The notes under the pieces: generated by a model
Databases searched by the model: none
The model's input: the letters and a program-made list of their open reading frames with translations, nothing else
Told to the model about the DNA's origin: nothing
Shown: positions 27,626-41,177 of the stretch, in pieces
Layout: each line of letters opens with the position of its first letter
Position numbering within the stretch: position 1 is the first letter of the stretch
Translations under genes and position numbers: made by a program
Source of the DNA: Schmidtea polychroa
Taxonomy: Eukaryota
DNA length: 64,000 nucleotides
Direction: 5' to 3'
Assembly: GCA_044892525.1 (NCBI GenBank)
Contig: CM097885.1
Location: 27,592,001-27,656,000, forward strand

Positions 27626-28932
27626 GTGACCTTCGAACTCACCATCAAAAGTCCTTTTGAATGATATATAACTTGTAAGGTTTGAAAAACATTTAAGCTT
27701 GAACACCCTTTGAAGGTTATTGACCCACCATAAACTTTTGAGATTATGACCATCATACTTAGGTCCCAAATACCTGTGAAATGATGTATATATTATAAGG
27801 TTTGAAAAATTCGAAGGTTTTTTACCATTTGAAGGTTAAGGACACACCATACACCTTCGAAGGTATGACTATCATACCTACCTCCCAAGTACCTTAGAAT
27901 TATAAATATATTATAAGGTTTGTAAACATTTGAAGGTTATTGATGCACCATACACCTTCGACGAGATGACAATTTAATAGATCTCTTCAAGACCTTTCGA
28001 ATGATACCCTTGGTTGAAGGTCTGACCTTATTTGTCCTTTGGAAATTCAAATATAAAAATATGATGAGTGATGCCGATGAGTCATCATAGGATGAGTCAT
28101 ACAGATGAGTTATATAAAATATTTAAAAAAAATAAAAAATAGAATATATATAGGGGGTGATGAGTCATATGTCTTTGTTCCGTAAAGTGATGAGTGATGA
28201 GTCTTTGTTCCTGGCTCCTCATCCTACCATACTATTGCCAGATAACACACAAACTCACACGGATTGCCCGATAACACACAACCTTCTACTTCATGTCAAC
28301 CAAAAGTCGAGTAAAAAGTTCCAGTGGGCGTACAGCACAGTTTTATAAATTCATTATATTTGATAATATATCGTTAAATAAATCATCAATTCTGCTAAAT
28401 TATTTTCCTGAATAAATAAATATTCAAAAGATTAATTAAACATAAAAAAATTAATTTTTTTACAGGTATTAAATATGTATAATAACTATTTTAAAAAATG
28501 TTAATTGCAACAAGAAATTTACAAAACAATTTTAATGACCTGACCCTGAATCAAAAGCACAGTGAAACTATTACATGTTTACTCTGCGAGAGTTTGAAAA
28601 GGTAAAGTTTAGTACCCGACACGACAACGCCTGACAAGGGTTTCACGTATGCACTGTACGTAATTCGCGAGGTAAAATATTTTTGTATCACCCCCTTTAC
28701 ATAACTGTATTTTCAAGAAAATTACAATAACCTCATAAATTCAAATTAAATAAATAATATTAATGTAAATGATCAAATGTACTACATATTGTTTTAAAAT
28801 GAATGCATTTGTTTAGAATAAACATTATAATATGATTATTATGAAAATTAGAGTAGCTTAATGAATATTTCAATTACGTGGCTAATAATCTAAGCATGTC
28901 CATGCGATACCGTATTGGATAATAAATTTTTA

Positions 28933-29041
<109 letters not shown>

Positions 29042-30229
29042 TAATATTCTGCAACAAAAACCCTATGAATAAAATGTTAGACGAGATTAAGAATGACATT
29101 ATTTATAACAAGACATTTGAGCTGTGAGTAAAGGTCGTGTTTATTCGTTAGATATAGTGAGCAGGAAAAAAATTTTATTATGTTTAAATGCATCCAAATA
29201 AATATGCACGGATCGCACAAAATTGAATTAAAATTAATGATAAGACATCGAGTAAAACTAAGAAATTAAGACTCAATTCGATAAATAATAAAATAAATAA
29301 TAAACATGGCCATGCGATCCGGTATTTGACACCATTTACATGAGCCGTTTATTTTGGAAATGAAATTTTTATCATTCTAATGTTGGGCTAGAACCGAGAA
29401 TCGAGAGCTTGTTTTAATGAATCAAAAATACATAACATAAAAATCGATTAAAACACCAATCAATACAAATTAAAGTACATAACACATTGATGATAAATAA
29501 GAGCCGGGTGATAAAATAAAGGAACGAAAATAAAGGTCGCAATCACTAACACAATTAGGAGAAACATCACATTCGGAATAGCTAACAACTAAGAAATAAA
29601 ATAATAATAAATAAAATAATGGGTAATAAATTTATTAATAATATGAAAAATTTCTAAATAAATAAATTTAAAATTTAAAATAAATTATCTAGTAAACTGG
29701 TAAAATAATAAAAAGTAGAATAAAAGTAGTAAAATTAGATAAACCATAAAATTTATAAAACTAAATTGTTTAATGAAAACTAAAAATAAAACCAACAAAA
29801 TTATTTAAATTATAAAACTTATAAAACCAAATTGTTTAAATTAATGAAACTTAAGTAAAATTAACTGAACTTATTTAAATTATAAAACTTGTAAAACTAA
29901 ATTAAAATTAGCAAAAACTATTTAAATTATAGAATTTATAAAAATAAATCTTAAAAGTTAATAAAAATTAAAATTTTGATTAATTAAATTAATTAAATTA
30001 AAAAATAAATAATTGCACACATTCATGCATGCATGCAAAAATTAATCAGAATTGCCTCGCATTCTAATTGGATATAACAGCAGAGAATGCGGAGGCGTAT
30101 AATTCAATCAGTACACCAAACACCACTGAGATGCATTTCCTATAATATAACAAAAAATTCAATAATCTTACATTATAGAAACATACATACTTACTTTGAT
30201 TTCACGTTGATGTTCTCATTTATAGCTCA

Positions 30230-31060
30230 ATGAGATAGATCTTATATTATAGAAATCTGAAAAGTGGAAGGAAAATTAAAAAATGCACACAAGCACAACA
30301 CATAATAAAAAACACATACAAACTTTTGATTCGTAAAATTGTAACGATGAGATACGTTTCTATAATAATTCTATTTTAGACAATTTTTAGAAAAAATAGA
30401 TCGTTGAAAATTTTTTAAATTATATTTTTAATGAAAATATCAAGAGCAGATGAATTTGGTTCAAAATCTTTTCAATCCAGATTTGATTTCCTTAAAGAAT
30501 CCCCTCATATTGAGCTCAGAAAAAAAATTACAAAAATTAAAAAAATTATTTTAATCAGCGATTTTTCCCGAAATGTTTTAAAAAAATACACATTTTTGGT
30601 GATTTATTTATTTATTAATTAATTATAATTAAAAATATATCGGACTCACGTTTTTTCGAAATAATTCCAAGATAAATATAATATAATTCCTTAAAAAAAC
30701 CCTGAAAATTAATTAAAATTAATTTATAATTATATTGTTGATTAAAAGTAATATTTAAGATCTTGAATAATGATCTCATATCTCATATGGATCAGAATTC
30801 AAGTCTTAAAATTTACTTTAAATAAAAAAAATTACTTGAAAGCCATTTGTAAAATGGCTAAAATAAATTTCCAAATAAATTTCAATTTCATGATAAATGA
30901 ATAAATGTGATGATGAATAAATCGGTGAGTGAATCGGTGAGAGAAATTGTTCTACACGCCAACCACCACTATAGAGAACGTATCTCAGTGGTGTTTGGTG
31001 TATAAATACTGGGTGAAATTTCATTTAAAAAACTCTCACGCTCAACTGGTTACACAACAA
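30230..31060. mobile_element. Further diverged relic of the Tc1/IS630-like family seen at 14-15.7 kb
   Basis: 30640-30850 matches 15420-15600 and, inverted, 14020-14220. It ends in CTCAACTGGTTACACAACAA, similar to CTCAACTGGTGTGCACACCAA at 15661. Confidence 0.6.
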
Positions 31061-32167
31061 TTCATTTACTGGCAATGAACATATGCTCTCAATTTTCGAT
31101 TCCATGCCATCGCGGTGAGGTAAATTTGATTTTTGTTTTGTGTAATGTAATTTTGTTAGGTCTAATGTTATTTTAAATTGAAGTTAATTTTCGTTAATGT
31201 TATTTAGTTAATTTATTTTGTTATTTAGATAATGTTTTTTTTAAATTGAAGTTAATTTTCGTTAATGTTATTTAGTTAATTTATTTTGTTATTTAGATAA
31301 TGTTATTTTAAATTGAAGTTAATTGTTAATATTGGTATGGTATTATTCATTTTGTTGTTGTTAAATCTAATGTTATACAATTTTAGGAATTAATAAAATT
31401 TTTAACGGAATTTGTTTTTAATTACTTCTTATGTTTGGCGATATTATTGTGTCCTTTTTGAATAATATTATAATTTAGGTTGTGTTTTTCTTGATATTTA
31501 GGTGTCGATGGTCTGGGCTGGGGAAAGGTTTGTGGACGGGCAGCACTACTTTATATTTTCGCCAGTTGAGTCCATCGGGGTAGGGAATATAGATAGGGAT
31601 ATGAACGGTTAGAGGGGGAAAAATCAATTTGCGATAGTTTAGGGCCCTATTTAGAGTTAGAAAGTATAGGACTTTTATTTTCATAGATATTTCTGAGTTA
31701 GGAGAAATATTAGAATAGTTATGAACTGTTGTCGGTAGAGGAAGTAGGTTTAGGCAATTTTATAGAAACCACGCATAGTTAAGATATTCGATAGTTCAGG
31801 ATTAGAAATACAGGCAGATCCCTGCTCAAATTTTCATGAGAAGTGTGGAAACATGTTTATTAACTGGTGAATAAGGGCCAATCCCTGCTCAAATTTTTTG
31901 AAGGACAATTTGGATATTATAGGAAGTATATAACAATAATTATTAGATGGACAATAAGGGCGGATCCCTGCGCAAAAATTTTACAAGGGAATAGTTGGAA
32001 ATACCCTTAATTGAGGACCACAAATGATCTAAAAACAGCATACATAATGAATAATGACGTAAGACCTTCTATCGGCAGTCTAGAACCCGAAAAGAAAATA
32101 CAATGGGGATTAGTTTTAGTAATAGAGCTCACCTGCTCATTGTTTTTTCGCCTTTGTGTACAGTACC

Positions 32168-32305
32168 AACATGGTCGTCACCATGGGTACACAAATGGTT
32201 TAAATTGCAATAGTCATGGAGGTGCTTAGGAAAGAGTCGAGTGAATATATAAATTACCCCTGTCGTATTTAAAATATAAAACGACACACCCCTAAGTAAC
32301 CAACA
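32168..32305. repeat. Dispersed repeat shared (inverted) with 63865-64000; possible LTR end and primer-binding site
   Basis: CATGGTCGTC[AG]CCATGGGTACACAAATGGTTTAAATTGCAATAGTC..GGAGGTGCTTAGGAAAGAG is present at both places. Confidence 0.7.
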
Positions 32306-32523
32306 CTAATAACCAGGCCCGGCTCTAGCGGTGCTAGCGCCCCGATGCAACTTTCTTTTAAGCGCTTTTTATAGGAAATTATGTCAGAAATAAAACTCAA
32401 ATTTCACAGTAAAGTATTATAATTTTATTATTAAAAGATTTACTGTATAATTAAACATTAATTCATAAAAAAAATTAATAGAAATCTTATATATATATAA
32501 ATTAGAAAACCACAATTTTTCAT

Positions 32524-35500
32524 TTAAAATTTTATTTTTCTTGCTTTTATGGAAGCAAATTTATCCAATACATCATTTATTTTGATTTTGTCACAGATAT
32601 CGCTTTCAATAGCAATCAAAGACAGGCCAACTAGTCTTTCTTGAGAATTGGTTGAGCGTAAATAATTCTTAATTAGTTTAAGTCTGGAAAATGATTTTTC
32701 GCCAGCTGCTACTGAGACTGGTAGTGTTAATAATATTCTCAAAGATACAACTATATTTGGAAATATATCAAATAAATCATTTGAATAAATATACTGCAAT
32801 ATATCTAATGGATCAAAACTATTAAGTTAAGTTATGGTGTCTTTAAATATACACAGTTCGTTACATAATTCTGAAGAACTTATATCTATATCTTCACCAT
32901 CAGTTAACACATTATGTAAATCTGTACATTTATTTCTTAGTATCTCATTATCCAAATTATAAATTTCATTAAAATTTATGAGAAATTAAAACTTTTCGGC
33001 ATCAAATCTTTCGACTATTGGGTTAATTGCACTGTCAACAATTGGAAGAAAAAATGAAATTTTATAGTTTTTTTTTCCGGGTCTGTCGGTCTTTCATCTC
33101 GACATTCGTAGTTAAACATACGTTTTTACGCCTACGTAATGGATTTTCTTTAAATTGAGGAGCTATGTCAATATCATGTGCCAAAATTGTAGCTTTTTTA
33201 ACCTTCAAATGGTATTCATTTGTACCAACGCTAACCGCGTTAAGGACAAAAATATCTACCATATATTTTTGTATCAAAATGTAATTAAAAAAAATTTTTT
33301 TTAAGTTCATTAGTTTTTTATTTACATTCAAATATATAAAACAAAAATAAAAATTCAAAAAACTATTCAAAATTTTAACCAAAATAATATAAAATGGACT
33401 TAACATAATAAATTTCTTTAATTTTTCAATTATTATGACAAGCAGGACAAATATATTTTACATGGTTTTTGCATACATAATTTTTACATTTATTACATTT
33501 TATTGTGGTTTTTTCCGTTCTGATAGGACAAGTAGAACACATGCCTCTTTTCGAAGCTTTAGGCCAAAAAACAACGAATGGCCATCTTCTAGATTTTCTT
33601 TTTGTAGAATAACAGGATACCATTTTATCTAAAGTATCCACTCCGCCTTTTGTGGCATTATAATATTTGATAATTTCAGGTTTACGTTGAGGTTCATTAG
33701 TTATAACTTCATCAGACAAATGTAGAGTACTTTGCATCACTACGCATCGATATTTTTTAGGTACATAAGATACTAGTGTTGTATCTTTTGTAAAAACAAA
33801 TTTTGATGTATATTGTGGCAAAGATCTTGTATTCAAAATTTCTGGTGGGATTGTTGGTTTATTTTTTCTTAGTGTACCCACCATTGTTATAGATTTTTCC
33901 AGGAGTTTTGGCCAAGCTGATATGATGTGAAAAAATTGTCGAGTGTTATGTTGTGACCTTTGAGACCCTTCACTAAATCTAGTACAATTCTCATACCTTG
34001 ATTTGTTCCGGGAGCAGCATCCGGTTGTTTTCCTAAATATGGCTGTATTTTCCAAGCGTAGTAAGACTTGCTGCAAGCTGCAATCCAAAATTTAATCCCA
34101 TATTTCGCAGGTTTACTTTTCATATATTGGCGAAAAGGACATCGACCATGAAAACCAAGTAGTTCTTCATCAACTGTCACATTCTCTGATGGATTATAAA
34201 ACATGGGTAACCTTTCACTCCATGCATTCCACAATTCTCGGATTGGCGCAAATTTGTCATTCATACGTCTTTCTGACCGGGTTTCTTTTTTATCAAATCT
34301 AAGAATTTTTGAAATATTTTCAAATCTTTTCAATGGCATGGTTGCACGTAACAAAGGTCTACCCGTAGTTTCATGCCATAAGCTTTCAGTTGCTTCATTT
34401 TTTGACTTATAAACACCCGCTAAAATCAAGCATCCAAAATTGGAATAAAGTTCAGTTGCATCCAAATCCTTCCAACTATCTCCAAAAACGGTGTTTCCTT
34501 CACTGTTTGAGTTTTTCAAAATCATATTTTCAATAGCTTTCGGAAAAAATATCATGAATGCACTGTTTATATCAGTGATATGTCAAATCAAAAATCATAT
34601 GTTTGTTGTAAACAGGTAAAAACAAATCATGTTTGAACAGGAATTTCATTATAGACATTTTTGTCCACATTACAGTCAACGTGCATTTTTTTATACCTAG
34701 AAATCTGTATGACACCATAAAATAAATTAAGCGGCAAATTATTAATTTAAAAAAAAGAAGAATTTACATTGAAAAATCTTTCAAACTTAAGTTTGTATTC
34801 AGGCGTTATTTACATTTAAAAAATAATTTTGACAAAAATGTCAACAATACCATATAAAGGTTAAGTATATTTTTAAAATTTTCATCTAAACGAAATTCTT
34901 TAAAAAAAGTTATTAAATTATTTAAACTATTTGTTGATTCATTTAGGTTGGTACTTAAAGATTGAAACATCTTGCTCACAACATTAATCCTTCTTAAAAT
35001 GTCCTACCAAATTATCAGCGAACAAACAAATTCGTAGTCAAGCTGCAGTGCCAAAGATTTAGCTTCAGATTTTGTGTTGTTGTCATTTCTGTCATTATCA
35101 TGGATGGCAAGTAAAGCGTCTAAATAATCACCAATATTGTTTTTTATTGGGCTAAGAGCATCAATTCTTGATTCCCATCGTGTATCCGATAAAGGTTTAG
35201 GCGTCATTTTGCTATATTGTTTAAAACATCCCACCAATTTGTGGAAGCACTAAAAAAATTATAAAGTTCTTGTATAATGCCAAAAAAAATTATAGTTTCT
35301 GTATTACCTTTAGCAGCATCACATACTATTAGATTCAATGTGTGAGCTGCGCATGGTACAAAAAATGCTCGAGGGTTCTTATCCAAAATGCGTTTTTGAA
35401 CACCGCTGTGTTTACCACGCATGTTAGAGCCATTATCATAGCCCTGTCCACGTAAGTTTTTTAAATTTATATTTAAATCTTCTAACTTAGCAACTATGCT

Positions 35501-36722
35501 TTTAAACAAACCTTCGCCAGTAGAATCAGCTATTTCTACGAAACACAAAAAATGTTCTTCTACAGTAATTTGATTGCTTTCGTTTTTATGGACTAATCTG
35601 AGAATAATATTCATTTGTTCAGTGTGACTGATATCACGAGTGTATTTAATATTATGGAAAAATATTTAGCATTTATCACCATCTCGACAATAGCGTCGAC
35701 TATTTTCTTTGAAATTAAGGATATTATTTCGTTTTGAATATTTTTTCCTAAATAATGCACTGTGTCCTTTTGAGTATTATGAATTTTTGCGAGATTGTTT
35801 TCCATAACCATATCAAATTTAGAGAATAGTTCAACTAATTTTAAGAAATTACCATTGTTATTTTGGAAAATAATATCTGACGAGCCTTGAAGAGCTAAAT
35901 TTTGTTTAGCGAGATATTTTATTATTTCAACAATTCGTTCTAACACATCGCGCCAATGTCGTTTTTCTCTTTCATATACATTTTCAAGTTCAGTATCTAT
36001 TGTGCTAAACTTTTCTAATCGTTTTTTTACATCAACCCACTTTATAAATGATGTTAAATGGGATTTAGTTACTTCATGACTACTCAGAGTTTTGATAAAT
36101 TTTGCCAATTTGAGTAACCATCTGTGGTCAAAGAATTTGTTCCGCCTGCAAATAATTTGCAACATGCACAAAAAACACAATTTATAGAACATGAATATAT
36201 AAGCCATGTTCGTGAAACAGTATCTTTATTTGCTATCTTACGATAGTAATAGTTATTACTCAAACTACGACCACAATCGTCTCGACTATATAATTTTTAT
36301 TCTATCGGTATCATCGAACCTTGCTAAATAATAATTTTCCGAAGTTTGTCATTTATAACTTTGGGCCAAGTAGCTGGATCATTTGATTTAAATGAAATCA
36401 ATACTTCATTTTGCCTCACTGTTTCACTTACTGTTCCTGAAGTTGTTTGGGGTGATAAATGTAAATTAGATTCACATTCTGTGGTCGACGTGGTAGCGAT
36501 ATTGTTATGTCCTTCGTGTTCATGTGGTAAAGTTAAGGAAGGTGAATCAATAACCATTTTGGACTGTGAATGAATGTAATTCTTTCGGTTCATTACTGTT
36601 TGCAGAAATTTCATCCGTTTTTTGAAAGAATTTGTTTATTTGACCTGTTACCTTCTTTTGTTCCGCATCCCGTATCGCTTTTCTTTTGCGGCACTCTGCT
36701 CCAGATAATTTTTTTCTCCATT
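32524..36722 (-). pseudogene. hAT transposase, multiple frameshifts and a piggyBac insertion
   Basis: Fragments in order: SNDPATWP, LAKQNLALQG..NNGNFLKLVEL..YLGKNIQNEII, RGQGYDNGSNMRG..PCAAHTLNL, LSDTRWESRIDAL, LTLPVSVAAGEKSFSRLKLIKNYLRST. Confidence 0.95.
33202..34860 (-). mobile_element. Internally deleted piggyBac element (PGBD4-like transposase pseudogene, 34555-33426) nested in the hAT transposase
   Basis: TTAA at 33198-33201 and 34861-34864, with imperfect TIRs CCTT.A.ATGGTATT. Motifs TVDEELLGFHGRCPFRQYMKSKPAKYGIK, DNFFTS, YNATKGGVDTLD and a C-terminal Cys-rich domain are present. Removing it restores the hAT frame ENFKNILKKATILA. Confidence 0.95.
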
Positions 36723-37879
36723 TTTTAGTTATACTGAAAAGAATTTAAAATTAAATATAAAAGTGGTGGTGAGGGTAAGGCCATGTGCTATGATGAAAGT
36801 AAAAAGTAGTACTATTAGTGATACTTACTTTCACCATTCCTCAATTAATATTTAAGATACTTTATTAAAAAAATAATAAACTCTAAGTAAAAATAAAAAA
36901 ATCACTATAATATACATTCACAAAAATTTTGTTATTCAAAAAATTACACTTTTTAAACTTTTTTATTAAATATTTCAAACAACAAGTTTATATATTTTTA
37001 ATTCACGAAAATTGGTCTTCAATAAAAATTGAAAATGTTAACAAAGTCTTATATTAACAATAATATTTTAAAAAAATATTTAAATTTGAAAAAAAAATTT
37101 TCATTTAAATTTTGGATTTTAGCACCCTTTGTTCGTGTAGCGCACCGATGCTTTGCATCTTCTGCTTCATCGGTAAAGCCGGCCCTGCTAATAACAAACA
37201 AATTTTCGTTTAAGAAATTTTTAGTGACCTTAATGACCTTAAATGTATTATTATTAATTTACTTCATAATGAGAAGGTAACGTAAAATGTAATTATTTAA
37301 ATACCTAGCTTGATTATTTTGATAAATAAACATAAGCTCATTTGTCATTGAATCAGGTTTAATTGTCGATGTTGAGAGCTCTAGAGTAGAGCCTTAACTC
37401 TGTCCTATCGCGTTCCAACATGGATTCCATTAAATATTTTGGAGTTGAATATAAACTTAATTTCGTGAGGATATTCTAACATTGTATTTTTAAGATTTCA
37501 ATGCAAATACTTTGGGAAACATGAAGTTAGTTATAGGATTTCACAAATGAATTATTGAGAAATTAAATTATTGTTCTCATCTCTTTCCTCCCCATTATAT
37601 TCGTAAGTTGAAAATGAAACGATTGGCATGTAAATATCCCAAAATTCATCGAAATAATTCAAAACTGATTCGAAAATTTCCATAAAAAAGCTGGTCATTG
37701 TATTTTTTGAACAATAATGATGACAAGATGGTTTGCATTTATATAAATGTTCAATGATGTAATAATTACGCCATTACACCTATGATGATATATTATTTCC
37801 TTATTAAATATAAATAATGCCTAACAATTTCAAATAATTCTGTAAAGCTTAATGCAAATAGGAGCAACCTATATAGAGG

Positions 37880-38280
37880 TAACCAAAGAAATAATATGAA
37901 AACTCATGGACTCAAGTAAAGTAATTGTCCATCGTTACATAGCGATTTTTCCCAAACTATGGGCACAAAGATTTTCAACGACTTCTCTTCCAAGTCCAAC
38001 TGCTCTGGTGTTGCCAACTGTACCTGTATATGAAATTCCGACGAGTGGGAAGGCTGTTTTAGAATCGCATATCCAACAAATTTTTATTCATTATTGTCAG
38101 GATTTGATGACATGTATTGAATAAAATAACATCGACTACGACAGAGCATAAGCTGTTCATCTACAACAATATTTTCTCGAGGCATATAATATTTTCCAAA
38201 ATTATGGTTTACCATTTCAAAAATAGATCTGATTGGTACCAACTTATCAGTTTTCCGTCTGTTGCTTCTAGTATCCTTAC
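37880..38280 (-). mobile_element. Fragment of a second, more degenerate piggyBac transposase
   Basis: Reads RRKTDKLVPIRSIFEMVNHNFGKYYMPRENIVVDEQLMLCRSRCYFIQYMSSNP. Confidence 0.85.
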
Positions 38281-38460
38281 TGGACAATTATGGTATGACG
38301 AGCATGCTCACTTTTTGCCGGTACTCAAACCCTTGGTACAGTATCAATGTTGATCACTCAACGGGTATCAAGCGGTCGACATGTAATTGTATTCTGGGTT
38401 ACGCTGGAAACATCACGACAGGGTAGAATATTTGATTCATCAAAACGTATATTTGACTTG
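38280..38460 (+). repeat. Copy of the unclassified dispersed repeat, truncating the piggyBac fragment
   Basis: Matches 27470-27610 and 62910-63070. Confidence 0.8.
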
Positions 38461-40285
38461 CAAATGCGCAGATTGACTGCTCAGCCTTCGATTATTCAAA
38501 CGATGTGTGTGCAATTTTCTCTATATAGTGATTCACACTGTCAATATGCAGAGCTCCATAAGCACTGTTGTGCGTTTGTGCGATTTTGTTATGAAATTTA
38601 ATTATATTATATTACCGAGCTAAATCTTTTGGTTTTCTTTGATTTTTTATACTTAAATATTGAAAATAGACGAATATAAGAAATTTTAGAAAAATTTAAT
38701 AAATATCAATAAAGTTATCAGTAATTGGAATTCAAATAGAGACTCACAGGCTCTGTTGTGTTTTAGGGTTAATAAAGTGTTTGATATAAAATAATTGGTA
38801 AACAAAATCTCCAAGTTTTTCAGATGAGGTGGCAGCAGTAGGGGTACACAGATCCCGACAAACCACGGGCCAACCCCCTACCCCTGCTAAGGATTTTTGC
38901 TTTTTCCTAAAAAACAGGATTTTTATGTAGGTCAATCCAAATTTATGATTTTTAAAGATTTTTTATAAAAAATTATGTAGAACAATACCAATTTATTTAA
39001 TTTTTCAAATCGACTTTTAAATCATATTTTATATAGTTTAATTAATATTTAGGTCTCACACACACTATATAGTTTTAGGGTAGAAAAAATGGTCTGTATG
39101 AAATGGGCAATAAATAATGGATATCTCATTAACGTTTAACCTCGCTAAAAACAAACGGGGATAGAGGCCTATATTGGCTTGCTAATATGAAGCTGAACCA
39201 ATGTGTAGAATACAGTATATTAAGGCCTATTTTAGTTCTCAGACTTTTTGGATATGTTGGGTATTGTCGGTGAAATTAGAAATGAATAACTATCAATCTG
39301 ATTCCAAGCGTGTCTTAAAATATCAACAAGAACGACAACTTATCTATATTACCAATATTTATTGTTTATCACAATCACAATCGATTTGACATCAGTAGAG
39401 AGAAGTGTGCTCCATGACTCATCGTTTTTTGTCATTTTTTTGCACTACCCCCCCCGATGACTCAGCGCAAAACAAAGACATATGACTCATCGATGACTCA
39501 TCCATAGCAACAGCGGTAACTGGGTCAAGGTTATATGACTCATCCATAGCAACCGTGGTAACCACGGTAACTAGGTCAAGGTCATTCTATTTTTAGTAAC
39601 TAGGTCAAGGTCATTCTATTTTTAGTAACAATGTCACGTGACGTCATCGATGACTCATCAAGGTCGTCCTATTTTTAGTAACAAGGTCACATGACGTCAT
39701 CGATGACTCACCAAGGTCATTCTATTTTTAGTAACTAGGTCAAGGTCATTCTATTTTTAGTAACAAGGTCATATGACTCATAATTTTTGAAACAAAGCCA
39801 ACTGACTCATTGTTAAAGTACATATGACTCATCATTTTTTTAAACAAAGACATATTTAATATTTAAACAAAGACATTAAAACAAATATTTAAATAAATAC
39901 ATTTAAACAAAAATTTAAATAAATACATTTAAACAAATTTTGAAATAAATACATTTAAACAAAAATTTAAATAAATACATTTAAACAAATATTTAAATAA
40001 ATACATTTAAACAAATATTTAAACAAAGACATTTAATCAAATATTTAAACAATGACATGTAAACAAATATTTAAATAAATACATTTAAACAAATATTTAA
40101 ACAAAGACATTTAATCAAATATTTAAACAATGACATGTAAACAAATATTTAAATAAATACATTTAAACAAAGACATATAGACAAAGACTCATCGATGACT
40201 CATCGAGGTCAGTGTCGTGTTTTAAGGTCAAGGTCATATTTAAATTTCCAAAGGTCAAATAAGGCCAAACCTTCACACAAGGGTA

Positions 40286-40871
40286 TCATTCGAAAGGTAT
40301 TTGAGAGGTAAATATGATGGTCAAACCCTCGAAGGTGAATGGTGGGTCCTTGGCCTTCAAAGGGTACAAAACCTTCGAATTTTTTCAAACTATAATATAT
40401 TTATCAAACAAAAGGTAATACAAAGGTAAATATGATGGTCATACCCTCGAAGGTGAATGGTGGGTCCTCGATCTTCAAAGGGTAAAAAACCTACGAATTT
40501 TTTCAAACTTTATAATATATATATATCATTCGAAAGGTATTTGAGAGGTAAATATGATGGTCATACCCTCGAAGGTGAATGGTGGGTCCTTGGCCTTCAA
40601 AGGGTACAAAACCTTCGAATTTTTTCAAACTATAATATATTTATCAAACAAAAGGTAATACAAAGGTAAATATGATGGTCATACCCTCGAAGGTGAATGG
40701 TGGGTCCTCGATCTTCAAAGGGTAAAAAACCTACGAATTTTTTCAAACTTTATAATATATATATATCAGTCGAAAGGTATTTGAGAGGTCTATCTAATGG
40801 TCATATCCTCGAAGGTGTATGGTTGGTCAATAACCTTTAAAGGGTTAAAAACCTTCGAATTTTTTCAAACT

Positions 40872-40907
<36 letters not shown>

Positions 40908-41128
40908 TCGAAAGGTATTTGAGAGGTAAGTATGATGGTCATACCCTCGAAGGTGTATGGTTGGTCAATAACCTTCAAAGGGTCAAAAACCTTCGAATTT
41001 TTTCAAACTTTATAATATATATATCAGTCGAAAGGTATTTGAGAGGTCTATCTAATGGCTATACCCTCGAAGGTATATGGTGGGTCAATAACTTCAAAGG
41101 GTGTCCAAAATTAAATATTTTTCAAATC

Positions 41129-41177
<49 letters not shown>

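Larger units (their letters stand above)
25170..28215. mobile_element. Degenerate Maverick/Polinton relic with capsid pseudogene and a TIR remnant of the element-A family
   Basis: 27630-28060 matches the 120-bp TIR repeats and the AATGATACCCTTG..GGAAATT.AAATAT segment of element A (49070-49125). GATGAGTCAT repeats occur at 28060-28210. 26240-26325 is a reverse-complement match to 51690-51780 in element B. Ends and TSD are not recognisable. Confidence 0.8.
32314..37187 (-). mobile_element. Full-length hAT transposon (ZMYM1/DUF4371-type transposase, inactivated)
   Basis: TIRs CAGGCCCGGCT / AGCCGGCCCTG with a perfect 8-bp TSD CTAATAAC (32306-32313 and 37188-37195). Confidence 0.95.
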
